Source: Candidatus Zixiibacteriota bacterium
GTDB taxonomy: Bacteria > Zixibacteria > MSB-5A5 > WJJR01
DNA: 45,159 bases
Direction of reading: 5' to 3'
Assembly: GCA_036170655.1 (NCBI GenBank)
Contig: JAVHPP010000072.1
Coordinates: forward strand, 1 to 45,159
Below are positions 16,428 to 25,342 of the stretch, in pieces. Position 1 is the first letter of the stretch. Each line of letters opens with the position of its first letter. The position numbers and the translations under genes are program-made. Under the pieces are notes generated by a model, which saw only the letters and a program-made list of their open reading frames with translations, ran no database searches and was not told where the DNA came from.

Positions 16428-17111
16428 CTACCTTTCGTCGACAATTCGTTCCGGTCTGCTTCCCCCGTGGGCAGAAGCATCATCGTGAACCTGAGCGCCG
16501 GACAAGAGCCATTGACGCGCCCCGGCAATGGTCACCTGGACTACGGACACGGGTCCAACGCCACGCGCCAATCTAATCTCCCAGCCGGCATCGGCGCAAC
16601 GTCCGTTATCACCGATCTCGAGGACGCCATCGAACCGGCCATAGGGAGTGTTCACAACAGCGTAGTCATCACGCGTCGAGAGCGAATCATCGCAATTTGC
16701 CATGCCCGTCCGCCAGCTGTGTCCCACGGGGCCGTCGAACTTCAGGAACAGCTGCTCGACATCACCCGGAGTCGCACACCAAAGCAGGTTGCCCTGGTCA
16801 TCACGGCGCACCCATGTCTCTGACCTAAGGAACACCAGTGAAGAGCGTACGTGGTAGAATGTCTTCGATCCACGAATCACGCGATTGTCGACGAGGACAG
16901 TATCAGCGGTACTCTTGGGCATGCCAGCAGACAGGTCGCTGACCAATATCCACTTATTGCCAATCGCCAAGGGGAAGAAACTAGTTCCTGCCGTATGGAC
17001 ATTCGCACCGGAATCGGAACTGCAGGAATGAATCAGACTCAGGCAGGCAGCCAGCGCCACCCAAAAAAGGACGCCCACAATCGGTCGTTTAGTCTGGTCG
17101 ATGGCTGCCAT
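16428..17111 (-). CDS. Hypothetical lipoprotein (paralogue of 15732..16415)
   Basis: Signal peptide with Cys (LAAC or IHSC); FFPLAIGNKW, WVRRD, LARGVGPV. Confidence 0.7.
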   Translation of the reverse strand: MAAIDQTKRPIVGVLFWVALAACLSLIHSCSSDSGANVHTAGTSFFPLAIGNKWILVSDLSAGMPKSTADTVLVDNRVIRGSKTFYHVRSSLVFLRSETWVRRDDQGNLLWCATPGDVEQLFLKFDGPVGHSWRTGMANCDDSLSTRDDYAVVNTPYGRFDGVLEIGDNGRCADAGWEIRLARGVGPVSVVQVTIAGARQWLLSGAQVHDDASAHGGSRPERIVDER

Positions 17112-17236
17112 GTCTCATCCCCCATGTCAAATACCGATGAGGGGAACAGTTATTCCCAACAATGCACAGAGTGATATTATACTTTAAGAAATAGCGTTAA
17201 GACGATGACACGTAATGATATAGACAAAATCGCGAA

Positions 17237-17272
17237 GTGGGCAGAATGGACGGAATGAACAGAATGAGATAC
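17237..17272. repeat. 9-nt tandem repeat x4 (degenerate), same family as 9963
   Basis: gtgggcaga atggacgga atgaacaga atgagatac, immediately 3' of flgK. Confidence 0.6.
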
Positions 17273-17281
17273 CACCGGACG

Positions 17282-18673
17282 TTACCGTCCGACGCCCATG
17301 TCGTTGATGAGAGTGTTGATGGCGGAGTCCATCGTGGCCACGATTTTCGCGGCGGCGGCGTAGGCGTGCTGGGCTTTGATCAGGTTGGTCATCTCTTCGT
17401 CGAGGGAGACCCCCTGCACGGACTGACGGGAGAATTCAATCTGCTGGAGGACGAGGTCGGCGTTCTTTGTGGCATCGTTGGCTTCCGCGGCACGGACGCC
17501 AACGGTTCCGACGATCTCGGCATAGTAGTCGTTGAACGTCGCTGTGCCATTATTCATCGTGTATGTTTTCTGCAGATTGGCGATCTCGGTGGCAGCGGCG
17601 TTATCGCCCGGTCCACCGGATTTGGATGCGGCGATCTTGTTCAGGTCACCAGTGATGTCGCTAGACAGTTCGATATCAATGGCGGTGAGGCCTGCGGGAT
17701 TGAAGAAATTGCGCCCCGTAGCACCATCCAGCCCATACCCTTGAGCGTGCAGCGAATTGACATTTTGGACAAACGAGGCCGCCAGTTCGTCGAGCCGGGC
17801 GCTGTATTGCGGCACGAGTTCGTCGCGGGCTTCCATCAGTCCCGCCAGTTCGCCGCTGCTGAACTTCACCGGGATGGAACTTCCCTGCCACGTGATGGTC
17901 GTTTGTGTCTGATTGCCGGCGCCGGTGGTGACCGCCGACAAGGGATTGTACGATGCCTGCTCGACCAGTTCCATCGATCCAATAAACACGCGGGCAACCC
18001 CGTTGTTCATTTCGATCACTTGGACATCCGTGTACTGGCTGAGCTGGTCAATCATCAGATTCCGGCGATCGCGCAGATCATTGGCCTGCGCCCCCCCCAA
18101 TTCGGTGCGGGCGATCGCGCGGTTGACTTCCGAAAGATTGGCCGCGAGCTGGTTGATGGTCGTCACCCGTCCGGCAATTTCGCTGTCGAGCGACTTTTCC
18201 AGATCACTGAGACGCGCAGAAGTCTGGTGAAAGGCATTGGCCACGAGGGAAGCCTGCTCACGGACGGCGGCGCGTCCGGCTGACGATTCAGGATTCTGCG
18301 ACAGCGTGTGCCATGCAGCGAAGAAGCCATCGAGCGACTTACCAAATCCTTCTTCCGAGGGCTCTTGGAAAATGGTTTCCACTTCATTCATCGCGCGCTG
18401 GCGCGCCGACCAGCGGTTGAGCTGATCATTACCCTGACGATACTGCCCGGTCAGGAAGAGGTCGCGCGCCTGGAGAACATTTGTGACGCGCACGCCCGAG
18501 CCGATCCGTCCGACCGTCGAGACGAAGGGATCGGTCGCGGCCAGGTTCACCCTCTGACGGGTGTACCCCGGCGTGTCGACGTTGGCCATATTATGACCGG
18601 CCGTTGTGAGTGAGTATTGCTGGGCAAGCAGCGCTCTCTTGCCGAGTTCGAGTCCCTCAAATAATCCGCCCAT
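17282..18673 (-). CDS. flgK: Flagellar hook-associated protein FlgK
   Basis: GHNMANVDTPGYTRQRV, ANDLRDRRN, SGELAGL, SVQGVSLDEEMTNLIKAQHAY. Confidence 0.96.
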   Translation of the reverse strand: MGGLFEGLELGKRALLAQQYSLTTAGHNMANVDTPGYTRQRVNLAATDPFVSTVGRIGSGVRVTNVLQARDLFLTGQYRQGNDQLNRWSARQRAMNEVETIFQEPSEEGFGKSLDGFFAAWHTLSQNPESSAGRAAVREQASLVANAFHQTSARLSDLEKSLDSEIAGRVTTINQLAANLSEVNRAIARTELGGAQANDLRDRRNLMIDQLSQYTDVQVIEMNNGVARVFIGSMELVEQASYNPLSAVTTGAGNQTQTTITWQGSSIPVKFSSGELAGLMEARDELVPQYSARLDELAASFVQNVNSLHAQGYGLDGATGRNFFNPAGLTAIDIELSSDITGDLNKIAASKSGGPGDNAAATEIANLQKTYTMNNGTATFNDYYAEIVGTVGVRAAEANDATKNADLVLQQIEFSRQSVQGVSLDEEMTNLIKAQHAYAAAAKIVATMDSAINTLINDMGVGR

Positions 18674-18693
18674 CGCATGCTCCGCCCTCTTGG

Positions 18694-19194
18694 CTATCCC
18701 ACGTGGTCCACGGAAAGCGGTCCCGCGGACAACGAACGTCCCGCGCCGTTTGACGCGTAGTCAGCCGGCGCCACGTTGGACGAGGCCAACAGACGAATGG
18801 TCTCGTCGATATTGGACAACGAGCGTTCAATCAGCATCCGGTTTTGCTCTTTGGTCTTGATCACATTCTGGATGGAGCGCGACATCGAGGTGCGCAATTG
18901 GTTGAGCTGCCGCGCGTAATCGTCAGAAACCGTGGCGATCAGACGGGCGAGGTTGGGTTTCTCACCGCCAAACAGGTCTGATTCTGCCAAACGTGACAGG
19001 AGCGACTGACGGCGCTGCTCCAATTCCCGTGAGAAGCGCACGGCATCTTCCTGCTCACGCACGTTGCCCTGCAGTTCCTCCGTGTTGCCTTCGATCAAGT
19101 GACGCTGCTGATGACGCAACAGCATGAGCAGGCGTTCGCAGTGTTCCGCCTCATCGGCAACGACCGACACGAGTTGTTCAACGAGTTCTCTCAC
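18694..19194 (-). CDS. flgN: Flagellar export chaperone FlgN
   Basis: Helical ~166-aa protein with QNRMLIERSL motif, directly upstream of flgK. Confidence 0.8.
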   Translation of the reverse strand: MRELVEQLVSVVADEAEHCERLLMLLRHQQRHLIEGNTEELQGNVREQEDAVRFSRELEQRRQSLLSRLAESDLFGGEKPNLARLIATVSDDYARQLNQLRTSMSRSIQNVIKTKEQNRMLIERSLSNIDETIRLLASSNVAPADYASNGAGRSLSAGPLSVDHVG

Positions 19195-19289
19195 GATGCG
19201 TCCGCCTGATTGGATGGTTTACCCTGAATGGTTCACCATGAATGGTGAGAAGGCCGGCTGCGATCACCGGAGTACGGCCCTCATAAAGG

Positions 19290-19317
19290 TTATCGGACAA
19301 GAGGTGTCCATGCTTCA
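19290..19317 (-). promoter_or_regulatory. Putative sigma28 (FliA) promoter for flgN-flgK
   Basis: TGAA(G)-N16-TCCGATAA versus consensus TAAA-N15/16-GCCGATAA. Confidence 0.6.
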
Positions 19318-19322
19318 GCCAG

Positions 19323-19781
19323 TCAGTTTCCCTCGTGCTGTTTCGCTTTGTCCGGCTGCAACAAGAGGAACGGGGCCCGCTGGAGCGCGCGAGGCGGGTC
19401 CGGCTGGCGCAAGGGAATGGGTTTCCCCGGCTCAGGGATTGCTGCCGAATCGGACATCAGCCGCCGTTGCATCGACTCAAAGATCAATTTGCCCAGACCG
19501 ATCCCCCCCTGATGGGCAATTCCGTCGGCGAGTTTTTCGGTCGCAACATCCAGCATGATCCCGCCGCCAAAGCTCTTTGAACTGGAGCCGCTCTGGACCG
19601 CTTGTTGCATGGGCTTGAGCAATTGCGCCAGAAAGAGCGACTCGAAATCGCCCGACGCTTTACGCAATCGCTGAATCTCGGCTTCGTGAGAATCGGCCGG
19701 TTGGGGCTGGTCGAGACGCGGGGTGCCCTGCGGGTGCGTCAGGTCCGGCGCTATTGGATGAATCGACGCGAAAGGATCCAT
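19323..19781 (-). CDS. flgJ: FlgJ rod-binding domain protein (no muramidase domain)
   Basis: LRKASGDFESLFLAQLLKPM...GGIGLGKLI, located after flgI. Confidence 0.85.
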   Translation of the reverse strand: MDPFASIHPIAPDLTHPQGTPRLDQPQPADSHEAEIQRLRKASGDFESLFLAQLLKPMQQAVQSGSSSKSFGGGIMLDVATEKLADGIAHQGGIGLGKLIFESMQRRLMSDSAAIPEPGKPIPLRQPDPPRALQRAPFLLLQPDKAKQHEGN

Positions 19782-19791
19782 GGTCTTTGGT

Positions 19792-20928
19792 CTACAGAAT
19801 AATCAACTCGGCACGCAGCGCTCCCGCCTGCTTCAGCGCCTGGAAAATGGCGATGATGTCGCGCGGCGTCGCGCCGATGGCGTTGAGGCTTTCGGCCACC
19901 TGCTGGATATTGGTGGTTTCGGGCAGCAGGATAACCCGTGCGGTGCTGTCGGTGACGGAGACGACGCTTTCCTTTTCGACAACCGTCTCCCCTTTTGACA
20001 GCGGGGCCGGCTGGCTGATCACGGGGCGGGTTTCAATCTGGACGGTGATGTCGCCGTGGGCAACGGCAACCGGCGCGATAGTGACATTCTGGCCCGCCAC
20101 AATAGTGCCTGTTTTTTCATTGATTACCACTCGGGCTACGACATCGGGTTCGATCGTGAGCGCCTCCAGTTCGGAAATGAATTCGGCGCGCATTTTCGGA
20201 TCAGCGTATACAGACGGAGTGGCGACTTTCACGACCGAGGGCTGCTCTGCTTCGGCGACAGCCGGCCAGCGCTGATTGACCGCATCGGCCACACGCCGGG
20301 CAGTCGTCCAGTCAGGGTCCTGGAGTACCAATTCCAGAGAGGATGGATCGACCGGCAACTTGAATATCGGAGTTTCAACAGCGCCTCCGCTGGGAACACG
20401 CCCGACCAGCGTATAATTTCTCGAAACACTGGTCCCTTGGGATTCGACGGCAAACCCGCCGGTCGAAACGGGTCCCTGGGCAAAGCCATGAACCATGCCA
20501 TCCATGGCAGCCAGCGGCGTGAGGAGCAAGGTTCCACCACGCAGACTTTTGGCATCACCCACCGAGGAAACGGTCACGTCGAACTTCTCTCCCCGCACTA
20601 ACGCTTCGGTGAGGGTCGCCGAAACCATCACGGCAGCGACGTTTTTCACCTTCACCTGCCGGGGATCGACGGTGATGCCCATGCGTTTCATCATATTGGT
20701 CAGCGTCTGACCGGTGAACTGTGTTCCCTGTCCGTCGCCGGTACCCGTCAAGCCCACAACGAGGCCATAACCGAACAACGATGTGCTGCTGGCGCCGGCG
20801 ATATGGGAGATGTCCTTGAGCCGGACTCCCGCCTTGGCGCAACTGACCGGAAGCACGAGGAGAGTGACGAGCGCAAGAATCAGGAATATACCACCGGACT
20901 GTTCGTTGTCTCTTGGTTTTGCCTTCAC
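19792..20928 (-). CDS. flgI: Flagellar P-ring protein
   Basis: RLKDI, GYGLVVGLTGTGD, KNVAAVMV, GDAKSLRGGTLL, INEKTGTIV, LKQAGALRAEL. Confidence 0.97.
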   Translation of the reverse strand: MKAKPRDNEQSGGIFLILALVTLLVLPVSCAKAGVRLKDISHIAGASSTSLFGYGLVVGLTGTGDGQGTQFTGQTLTNMMKRMGITVDPRQVKVKNVAAVMVSATLTEALVRGEKFDVTVSSVGDAKSLRGGTLLLTPLAAMDGMVHGFAQGPVSTGGFAVESQGTSVSRNYTLVGRVPSGGAVETPIFKLPVDPSSLELVLQDPDWTTARRVADAVNQRWPAVAEAEQPSVVKVATPSVYADPKMRAEFISELEALTIEPDVVARVVINEKTGTIVAGQNVTIAPVAVAHGDITVQIETRPVISQPAPLSKGETVVEKESVVSVTDSTARVILLPETTNIQQVAESLNAIGATPRDIIAIFQALKQAGALRAELIIL

Positions 20929-21001
20929 CGCTGAATCCTTTCCGTTTCCGATCGATCGGGATCGGAGCCCACCCTGCGCGTGCCGTCCATGGCACGCTTT
21001 T

Positions 21002-21631
21002 TCAGAACACCCAATTCAGGAAACGCATGATCCAGCCGGGCTTGCCGCCGTTGTTGGAGGACCCTTTACCCCGGTATGTGATTTGCGCATCGCCAATTTG
21101 AGAGGAGTAGATTGCGTTACCGGAGCTGATGTCTTCGGGGCGCACAACGCCGGTGAGCGTAATCATTTCCTTGTCGGTGTTGATGCCAATGACATGGGTG
21201 CCTTCGATCACGAGATCGCCGTTGTCGCGCACCCCGGCGACATGCACAGTCATCTGCGCTTTCAGCTGGCCAGAGCGTGACGTCTGCCCTTCGTTGTTCG
21301 TCTGGTTCTCCGACGTGCCTGAGGCGCCAAACAGCGGAATCATGTTCAGCGAACCGAATCCGGGACCGGCATTGAGATCGAACTTACCGCTCTTCTTGAC
21401 GTCAGTTTTGACGGCGTTCTGCGCCTCGGCCGACTCGACAATCAGTACCGTCAAGAGATCGCCGATCTGATGCGCCTTGATGTCGGAAAACATCGAGACG
21501 CTGCGCAGTTGCGAGTATGGCGATCCGGCGAGCGCCACACTGGATAGGACGAAAAACAGCAGCAGTAGGATCCAGAGAATCCCGGACGAGGATTTCTCCG
21601 TGCGCTGAGACTGGCTGGCATTGGTCTTCAT
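21002..21631 (-). CDS. flgH: Flagellar L-ring protein (no lipobox Cys)
   Basis: MFSDIKAHQIGDLLTVLIVE, NGDLVIEG, LTGVVRPEDI, GWIMRFLNWVF. Confidence 0.93.
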   Translation of the reverse strand: MKTNASQSQRTEKSSSGILWILLLLFFVLSSVALAGSPYSQLRSVSMFSDIKAHQIGDLLTVLIVESAEAQNAVKTDVKKSGKFDLNAGPGFGSLNMIPLFGASGTSENQTNNEGQTSRSGQLKAQMTVHVAGVRDNGDLVIEGTHVIGINTDKEMITLTGVVRPEDISSGNAIYSSQIGDAQITYRGKGSSNNGGKPGWIMRFLNWVF

Positions 21632-21665
21632 GTGTCCCACTCCTTTAGAAAAACACCATTCATCG

Positions 21666-22391
21666 TCAGGGCCGCAGAGGGCGGACCGTCGTGGAATCGA
21701 CGACGACCGCAGAAATCAGCCGCTGGTGGCCGGAACGCATAACGTAGATTCGCTGCTCGGGATAACCATCTTCGGCGGCGATGGCATTGATGGAGGCGGT
21801 GACGCCTCCGGCGGCGTAGGTCATGGTGACGCGTTCACCCCGCCGGATGAGCGGAACATCCGCCAACCAGCGACGGTCAACAACCTGTCCCGCTTCGATC
21901 GTGCGGACAACACGGCGTCCAATCACTGAATCGGCGTCGGTGACGGCCCAGTCCAGCATTCGTGTCACTTCAAACCGTTCGCGCTTGATGTCCTCCGGAC
22001 CGATCACCTCGAAACGTTGTAAACGGTGGGTCGTGACCAACCCCCGGCTGTAGATCGATACACGGATGGGAACGGCCACGGTCGCGACCGTCGTCCGGGC
22101 GCTGTCGCAGGATACCCTGACAGTCACCGGTCCGATGGCATCGTCAAACTCGGGGACGTCCGCACGAAACGAGGTCGCGAGCGCACAACGCTCGGGAACA
22201 CGTGTCGGATGGTACGTAATGTCCACGTTGGCCGGGTCGAATCCATTGCGTGCACAGACGGCGTTCTTTACTTCTGTCTTCAGAGCCGGCGGCCATTCAC
22301 TGCTGGCCGCGCACGCACCGACCGCCCCACCGATGACGGCGGCGAGCGCCAGAGGCACGAGGCACTTGATGGGGACGAGTGAACGTTTCAT
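21666..22391 (-). CDS. flgA: P-ring chaperone FlgA
   Basis: Signal peptide, SAF-like region, LIRRGERV...AAEDG; lies between flgG and flgH. Confidence 0.85.
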   Translation of the reverse strand: MKRSLVPIKCLVPLALAAVIGGAVGACAASSEWPPALKTEVKNAVCARNGFDPANVDITYHPTRVPERCALATSFRADVPEFDDAIGPVTVRVSCDSARTTVATVAVPIRVSIYSRGLVTTHRLQRFEVIGPEDIKRERFEVTRMLDWAVTDADSVIGRRVVRTIEAGQVVDRRWLADVPLIRRGERVTMTYAAGGVTASINAIAAEDGYPEQRIYVMRSGHQRLISAVVVDSTTVRPLRP

Positions 22392-23179
22392 TACCGTTTC
22401 AATTGGTTGGCGACGCTGGACATTTCATCTGAAGTTTGAATCGCCTTGGCGTTGATTTCATAGGCACGCTGGGCGATGATCATGTTCACCATCTCGTCCA
22501 CGACCTGGACATTGGACATTTCCAGATACCCTTGAGCCAATTCACCAAACCCATTCTCGCTCGGGTTGCCAAGAATCGGGTCACCCGCCGAGACCGAGTT
22601 CACATACAGATTGTGACCGACAGCCTGGAGACCGGAGGGGTTGAGAAACTTCGCCAGTTGAAGCTGGCCGACCTCCTGGGGCTGAGGCTGTCCGGGGAGC
22701 GTCACCTGAACTTTGCCGTCGATGCCGATGGAGACTGACACGGCGTCTTGCGGGATGGTGATTTCCGGGACGGCAAAGAAACCATCCGAGGTCACGAGCC
22801 GTCCGTCACCCGAGACTTTGAACGAGCCGTCGCGGGTGTAGGCGGTGGTACCATCCGGCAGAGAGATCTGAAAGAAACCGATCCCTTGCACGGCGACATC
22901 GAGCGGGTTGTTAGTCGCGGACAGATCGCCCTCGGCAAACATGCGCGTCGTAGCAATGGGCTTGGAGCCGTACCCGATCTCCAGACTCACCGGGACAACG
23001 TTCTGGGCAGAGACATTCGTACCCGCTCCACGGAGCCGGTCATAGAGGACGTCCTGAAACTCCACTTTGGACTTCTTGAACCCGGTGGTGTTGACGTTGG
23101 CCAGGTTGTTCGCAATCGTGTCGATATTCAACTGCTGGGCAATCATTCCTGATGCCGCGGTGCGCAAGGCCTTGATCAT
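22391..23179 (-). CDS. flgG: Distal rod protein FlgG
   Basis: MIKALRTAASGM, IANNLANVNTTGFKK, YTRDGSF, LEMSNVQVVDEMV; GGAG RBS. Confidence 0.97.
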   Translation of the reverse strand: MIKALRTAASGMIAQQLNIDTIANNLANVNTTGFKKSKVEFQDVLYDRLRGAGTNVSAQNVVPVSLEIGYGSKPIATTRMFAEGDLSATNNPLDVAVQGIGFFQISLPDGTTAYTRDGSFKVSGDGRLVTSDGFFAVPEITIPQDAVSVSIGIDGKVQVTLPGQPQPQEVGQLQLAKFLNPSGLQAVGHNLYVNSVSAGDPILGNPSENGFGELAQGYLEMSNVQVVDEMVNMIIAQRAYEINAKAIQTSDEMSSVANQLKR

Positions 23180-23238
23180 GGTCAGACTCCTCTTCCGATT
23201 ATTTTGCTGCCAGGTGTGCGTCGAGGAACGAGGCCGAC

Positions 23239-23973
23239 TCAAGCCGGTACACGGCCGAGTTCATTGACGGCCTTGGCGACGGTCTCGTCCTGTGCGCTAA
23301 TCGCCTTCTGATCTGTTTCGAAATAGCGGAAGGTGGTGATCATATCCACCATCTCCTCGATCGTGTTCACATTGGAATTCTCCAGGAATCCCTGCCGGAG
23401 CGCGGAGGTCTGATCCGGCTGCGGAGCCGCGCCACCCGGGGCGATAGCAAAGAGCGATGACCCCGCGCGAACAAGCGTGCGCGGATCATCGAAGCGAACC
23501 AACCGCAGAGTGCCGACTTTGCTCCCGTCGACAGAGACTGAGCCATCCTGGCTCATGGTGATATTCCCCGACGGAAGCTTCATTTCACCCTTGTCGGTCA
23601 GGACCGGATGATTGTCCGAGGTCGTCAGAACGCCATCCGCGGAAATCGAGAGATGACCATTGCGCGTGTAGCGTTCGCCCTCCGGCGCGGAGACAACGAG
23701 AAAGCCATCGCCGACGATCCCCAAGTCGAGGGCGTGGTCGGTCCGTTCGAGCGTTCCCTGTGTGAAGTCGATCGCCGACACCGCCCGCGGTGGTATCTGC
23801 CAGTCTGCTTGGCGATTCATCAGCTTGGCCTGGGCCCGTGACAAATCTTCCAAGAAGACCCGGTCCCGCTTGAAGCCAGCGGTTGAAGCATTGGCTAGAT
23901 TGTTGGCGATGGCCTCTTGCTTGATGATACGAGGCAACATCGCTGACGCGGCAGAGGCGATTCCTTTGAGCAC
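23239..23973 (-). CDS. flgF: Proximal rod protein FlgF
   Basis: IANNLANASTAGFKRD, YTRNG, QGFLENSNVNTIEEMV; GTG start with GGGGAGG RBS. Confidence 0.92.
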   Translation of the reverse strand: MLKGIASAASAMLPRIIKQEAIANNLANASTAGFKRDRVFLEDLSRAQAKLMNRQADWQIPPRAVSAIDFTQGTLERTDHALDLGIVGDGFLVVSAPEGERYTRNGHLSISADGVLTTSDNHPVLTDKGEMKLPSGNITMSQDGSVSVDGSKVGTLRLVRFDDPRTLVRAGSSLFAIAPGGAAPQPDQTSALRQGFLENSNVNTIEEMVDMITTFRYFETDQKAISAQDETVAKAVNELGRVPA

Positions 23974-23997
23974 GCAGTTCCTCCCCGTGCTGCATTG

Positions 23998-24012
23998 GCA
24001 AGCCGTGTGCCG
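23998..24012 (-). promoter_or_regulatory. sigma54 (-24/-12) promoter for the flgF operon
   Basis: CGGCAC-ACGGC-TTGC; correct GG-N10-GC spacing, 25 nt upstream of the flgF start. Confidence 0.7.
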
Positions 24013-24078
24013 AATTCGGCTGTCGCACTTGGAATCGAAATGCGAATGAAGCGGCAGTCCGATCTCGAATTGCCGAAT

Positions 24079-24096
24079 ATGGACGGAATGGACGAC
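24079..24096. repeat. 9-nt repeat x2, same family as 9963 and 17237
   Basis: atggacgga atggacgac. Confidence 0.45.
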
Positions 24097-24320
24097 GGCA
24101 CAACCGATTACGCGGCTTCCATGAAGAATCACGTTAATGGCAATTCGGACCTCTGGGAAGGCCACCTGTGAACGACAGGGACAGGAACAAGAGAACTTCG
24201 GGGAAAAAAATTCTCGCGCGAGAGGACGAATCTGCTGAAAGCGGCCGGACCGGTGATGTTCCCTTGACGGCGTCGGCGGGCGAGGTCTTATTGTCGTATT
24301 CGGGTCACTGGGACTCTAAC

Positions 24321-24431
24321 ATGGCCACCGAAGATATCCTATATTACGGCGACAACCTTGATGTCCTGCGCCGGGGTCTCCCCGACGAGGCGGTGGATCC
24401 AAGTTACCTCGTCCCTGCTTTTGCCGAATGA
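24321..24431 (+). pseudogene. N-terminal relic of a site-specific DNA amino-methyltransferase (N6_N4_Mtase, beta class)
   Basis: MATEDILYYGDNLDVLRRGLPDEAVDPSYLVPAF matches the family start LYYGDNLxxL..xxESVDLIYLDPPF, with DPPF decayed to VPAF. Stop overlaps the next ATG. Confidence 0.7.
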
Positions 24432-25342
24432 ACCACCATCGCCTTGAGGAGTTGAGATCCCCGCAGCTCGCCGCACTGGCCTCCGGGAATGCAGTCGTGA
24501 TTCTTCCAATCAGCCCTCTGGAGGAGCACGGCCCGCATCTGCCACTGGGGACGGATACTATCAACGCGGAGTTTTTTGCTGACATGGCGGCGCGTCTGGT
24601 CACCGAGATCGAGCCGGAAACTCAGGTGATTCTCGCCCCTCTGATTCCGCTGGGAACGCACGTCTACCGGTTCATGGGGTCGATTTTCATCCGCCAACGT
24701 GTCATCCGGGATCTGGTGATCGATTATGGCCGTTCGCTGGCGGCGGCGGGGTTCCGGCGTTTTCTGATCGTTTCGGCCCACGGCGGGCCGGGGCACATGG
24801 TCGCGCTCGATGAGGCCGCCACGGAGTTGACGCGCTTTTATCGGATACGAACGATCAATTTGACATCGACGATCATCTATCGATTTCTCACAGGGGATTT
24901 CCACGACCGAATCGCCGCCGCCACCGGGCGGCAGTTTACACTGGAGGAGCGTCAGGCGCTTTCGATGGATTATCATGCCGGCTGGTGGGAGACGGCGATG
25001 ATCCTCTGGCGGCGACCGCATCTGGTTGACGAGTCGTATCGTGACCTTCCCGATGCGTTGGTGCCGCGCTGGAAACTGCGCCCGAAAAGCCCGATGAAAG
25101 CGCCAGCAGGACAGGGATATCTTGGGGCACCGGCACGCGCCGACAGCGAATTTGCGGAGGCGAGCTTGACGGTCCTGACCGAAGAGGCAAAGCGTATTCT
25201 GGAGTTGTTCTTGAGTGGACGCGGCCGACTCCGGCAGTTTCGTTCACCCCTCTACTGGGTGCCGTTGTTCCGAACCAACTTCCGCCGGTGGGTGTTGTTT
25301 CTTTTGATCGCCATCGTGGTGATGCTTCTGGTGTCACTCTGA
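24428..25342 (+). CDS. Creatininase-family amidohydrolase with C-terminal hydrophobic anchor
   Basis: LPISPLEEHGPHLPLGTD, SAHGG, DYHAGWWET motifs; ends RRWVLFLLIAIVVMLLVSL. Confidence 0.88.
   Translation: MNHHRLEELRSPQLAALASGNAVVILPISPLEEHGPHLPLGTDTINAEFFADMAARLVTEIEPETQVILAPLIPLGTHVYRFMGSIFIRQRVIRDLVIDYGRSLAAAGFRRFLIVSAHGGPGHMVALDEAATELTRFYRIRTINLTSTIIYRFLTGDFHDRIAAATGRQFTLEERQALSMDYHAGWWETAMILWRRPHLVDESYRDLPDALVPRWKLRPKSPMKAPAGQGYLGAPARADSEFAEASLTVLTEEAKRILELFLSGRGRLRQFRSPLYWVPLFRTNFRRWVLFLLIAIVVMLLVSL

Noticed and set aside
20976..21003. TGGCACGCTTTTTTC as a sigma54 promoter
   Set aside because: It lacks the -12 GC and is antisense to the operon; better explained as the hairpin gcgtgcc-N6-ggcacgc between flgH and flgI.
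23974..24165. N-terminal extensions given in the ORF track for flgF (also flgG, GT2, fliP, fliR, PilZ and 25334..26260)
   Set aside because: They overlap promoters, tRNAs or neighbouring genes; downstream starts have better RBSs or family-typical N-termini.
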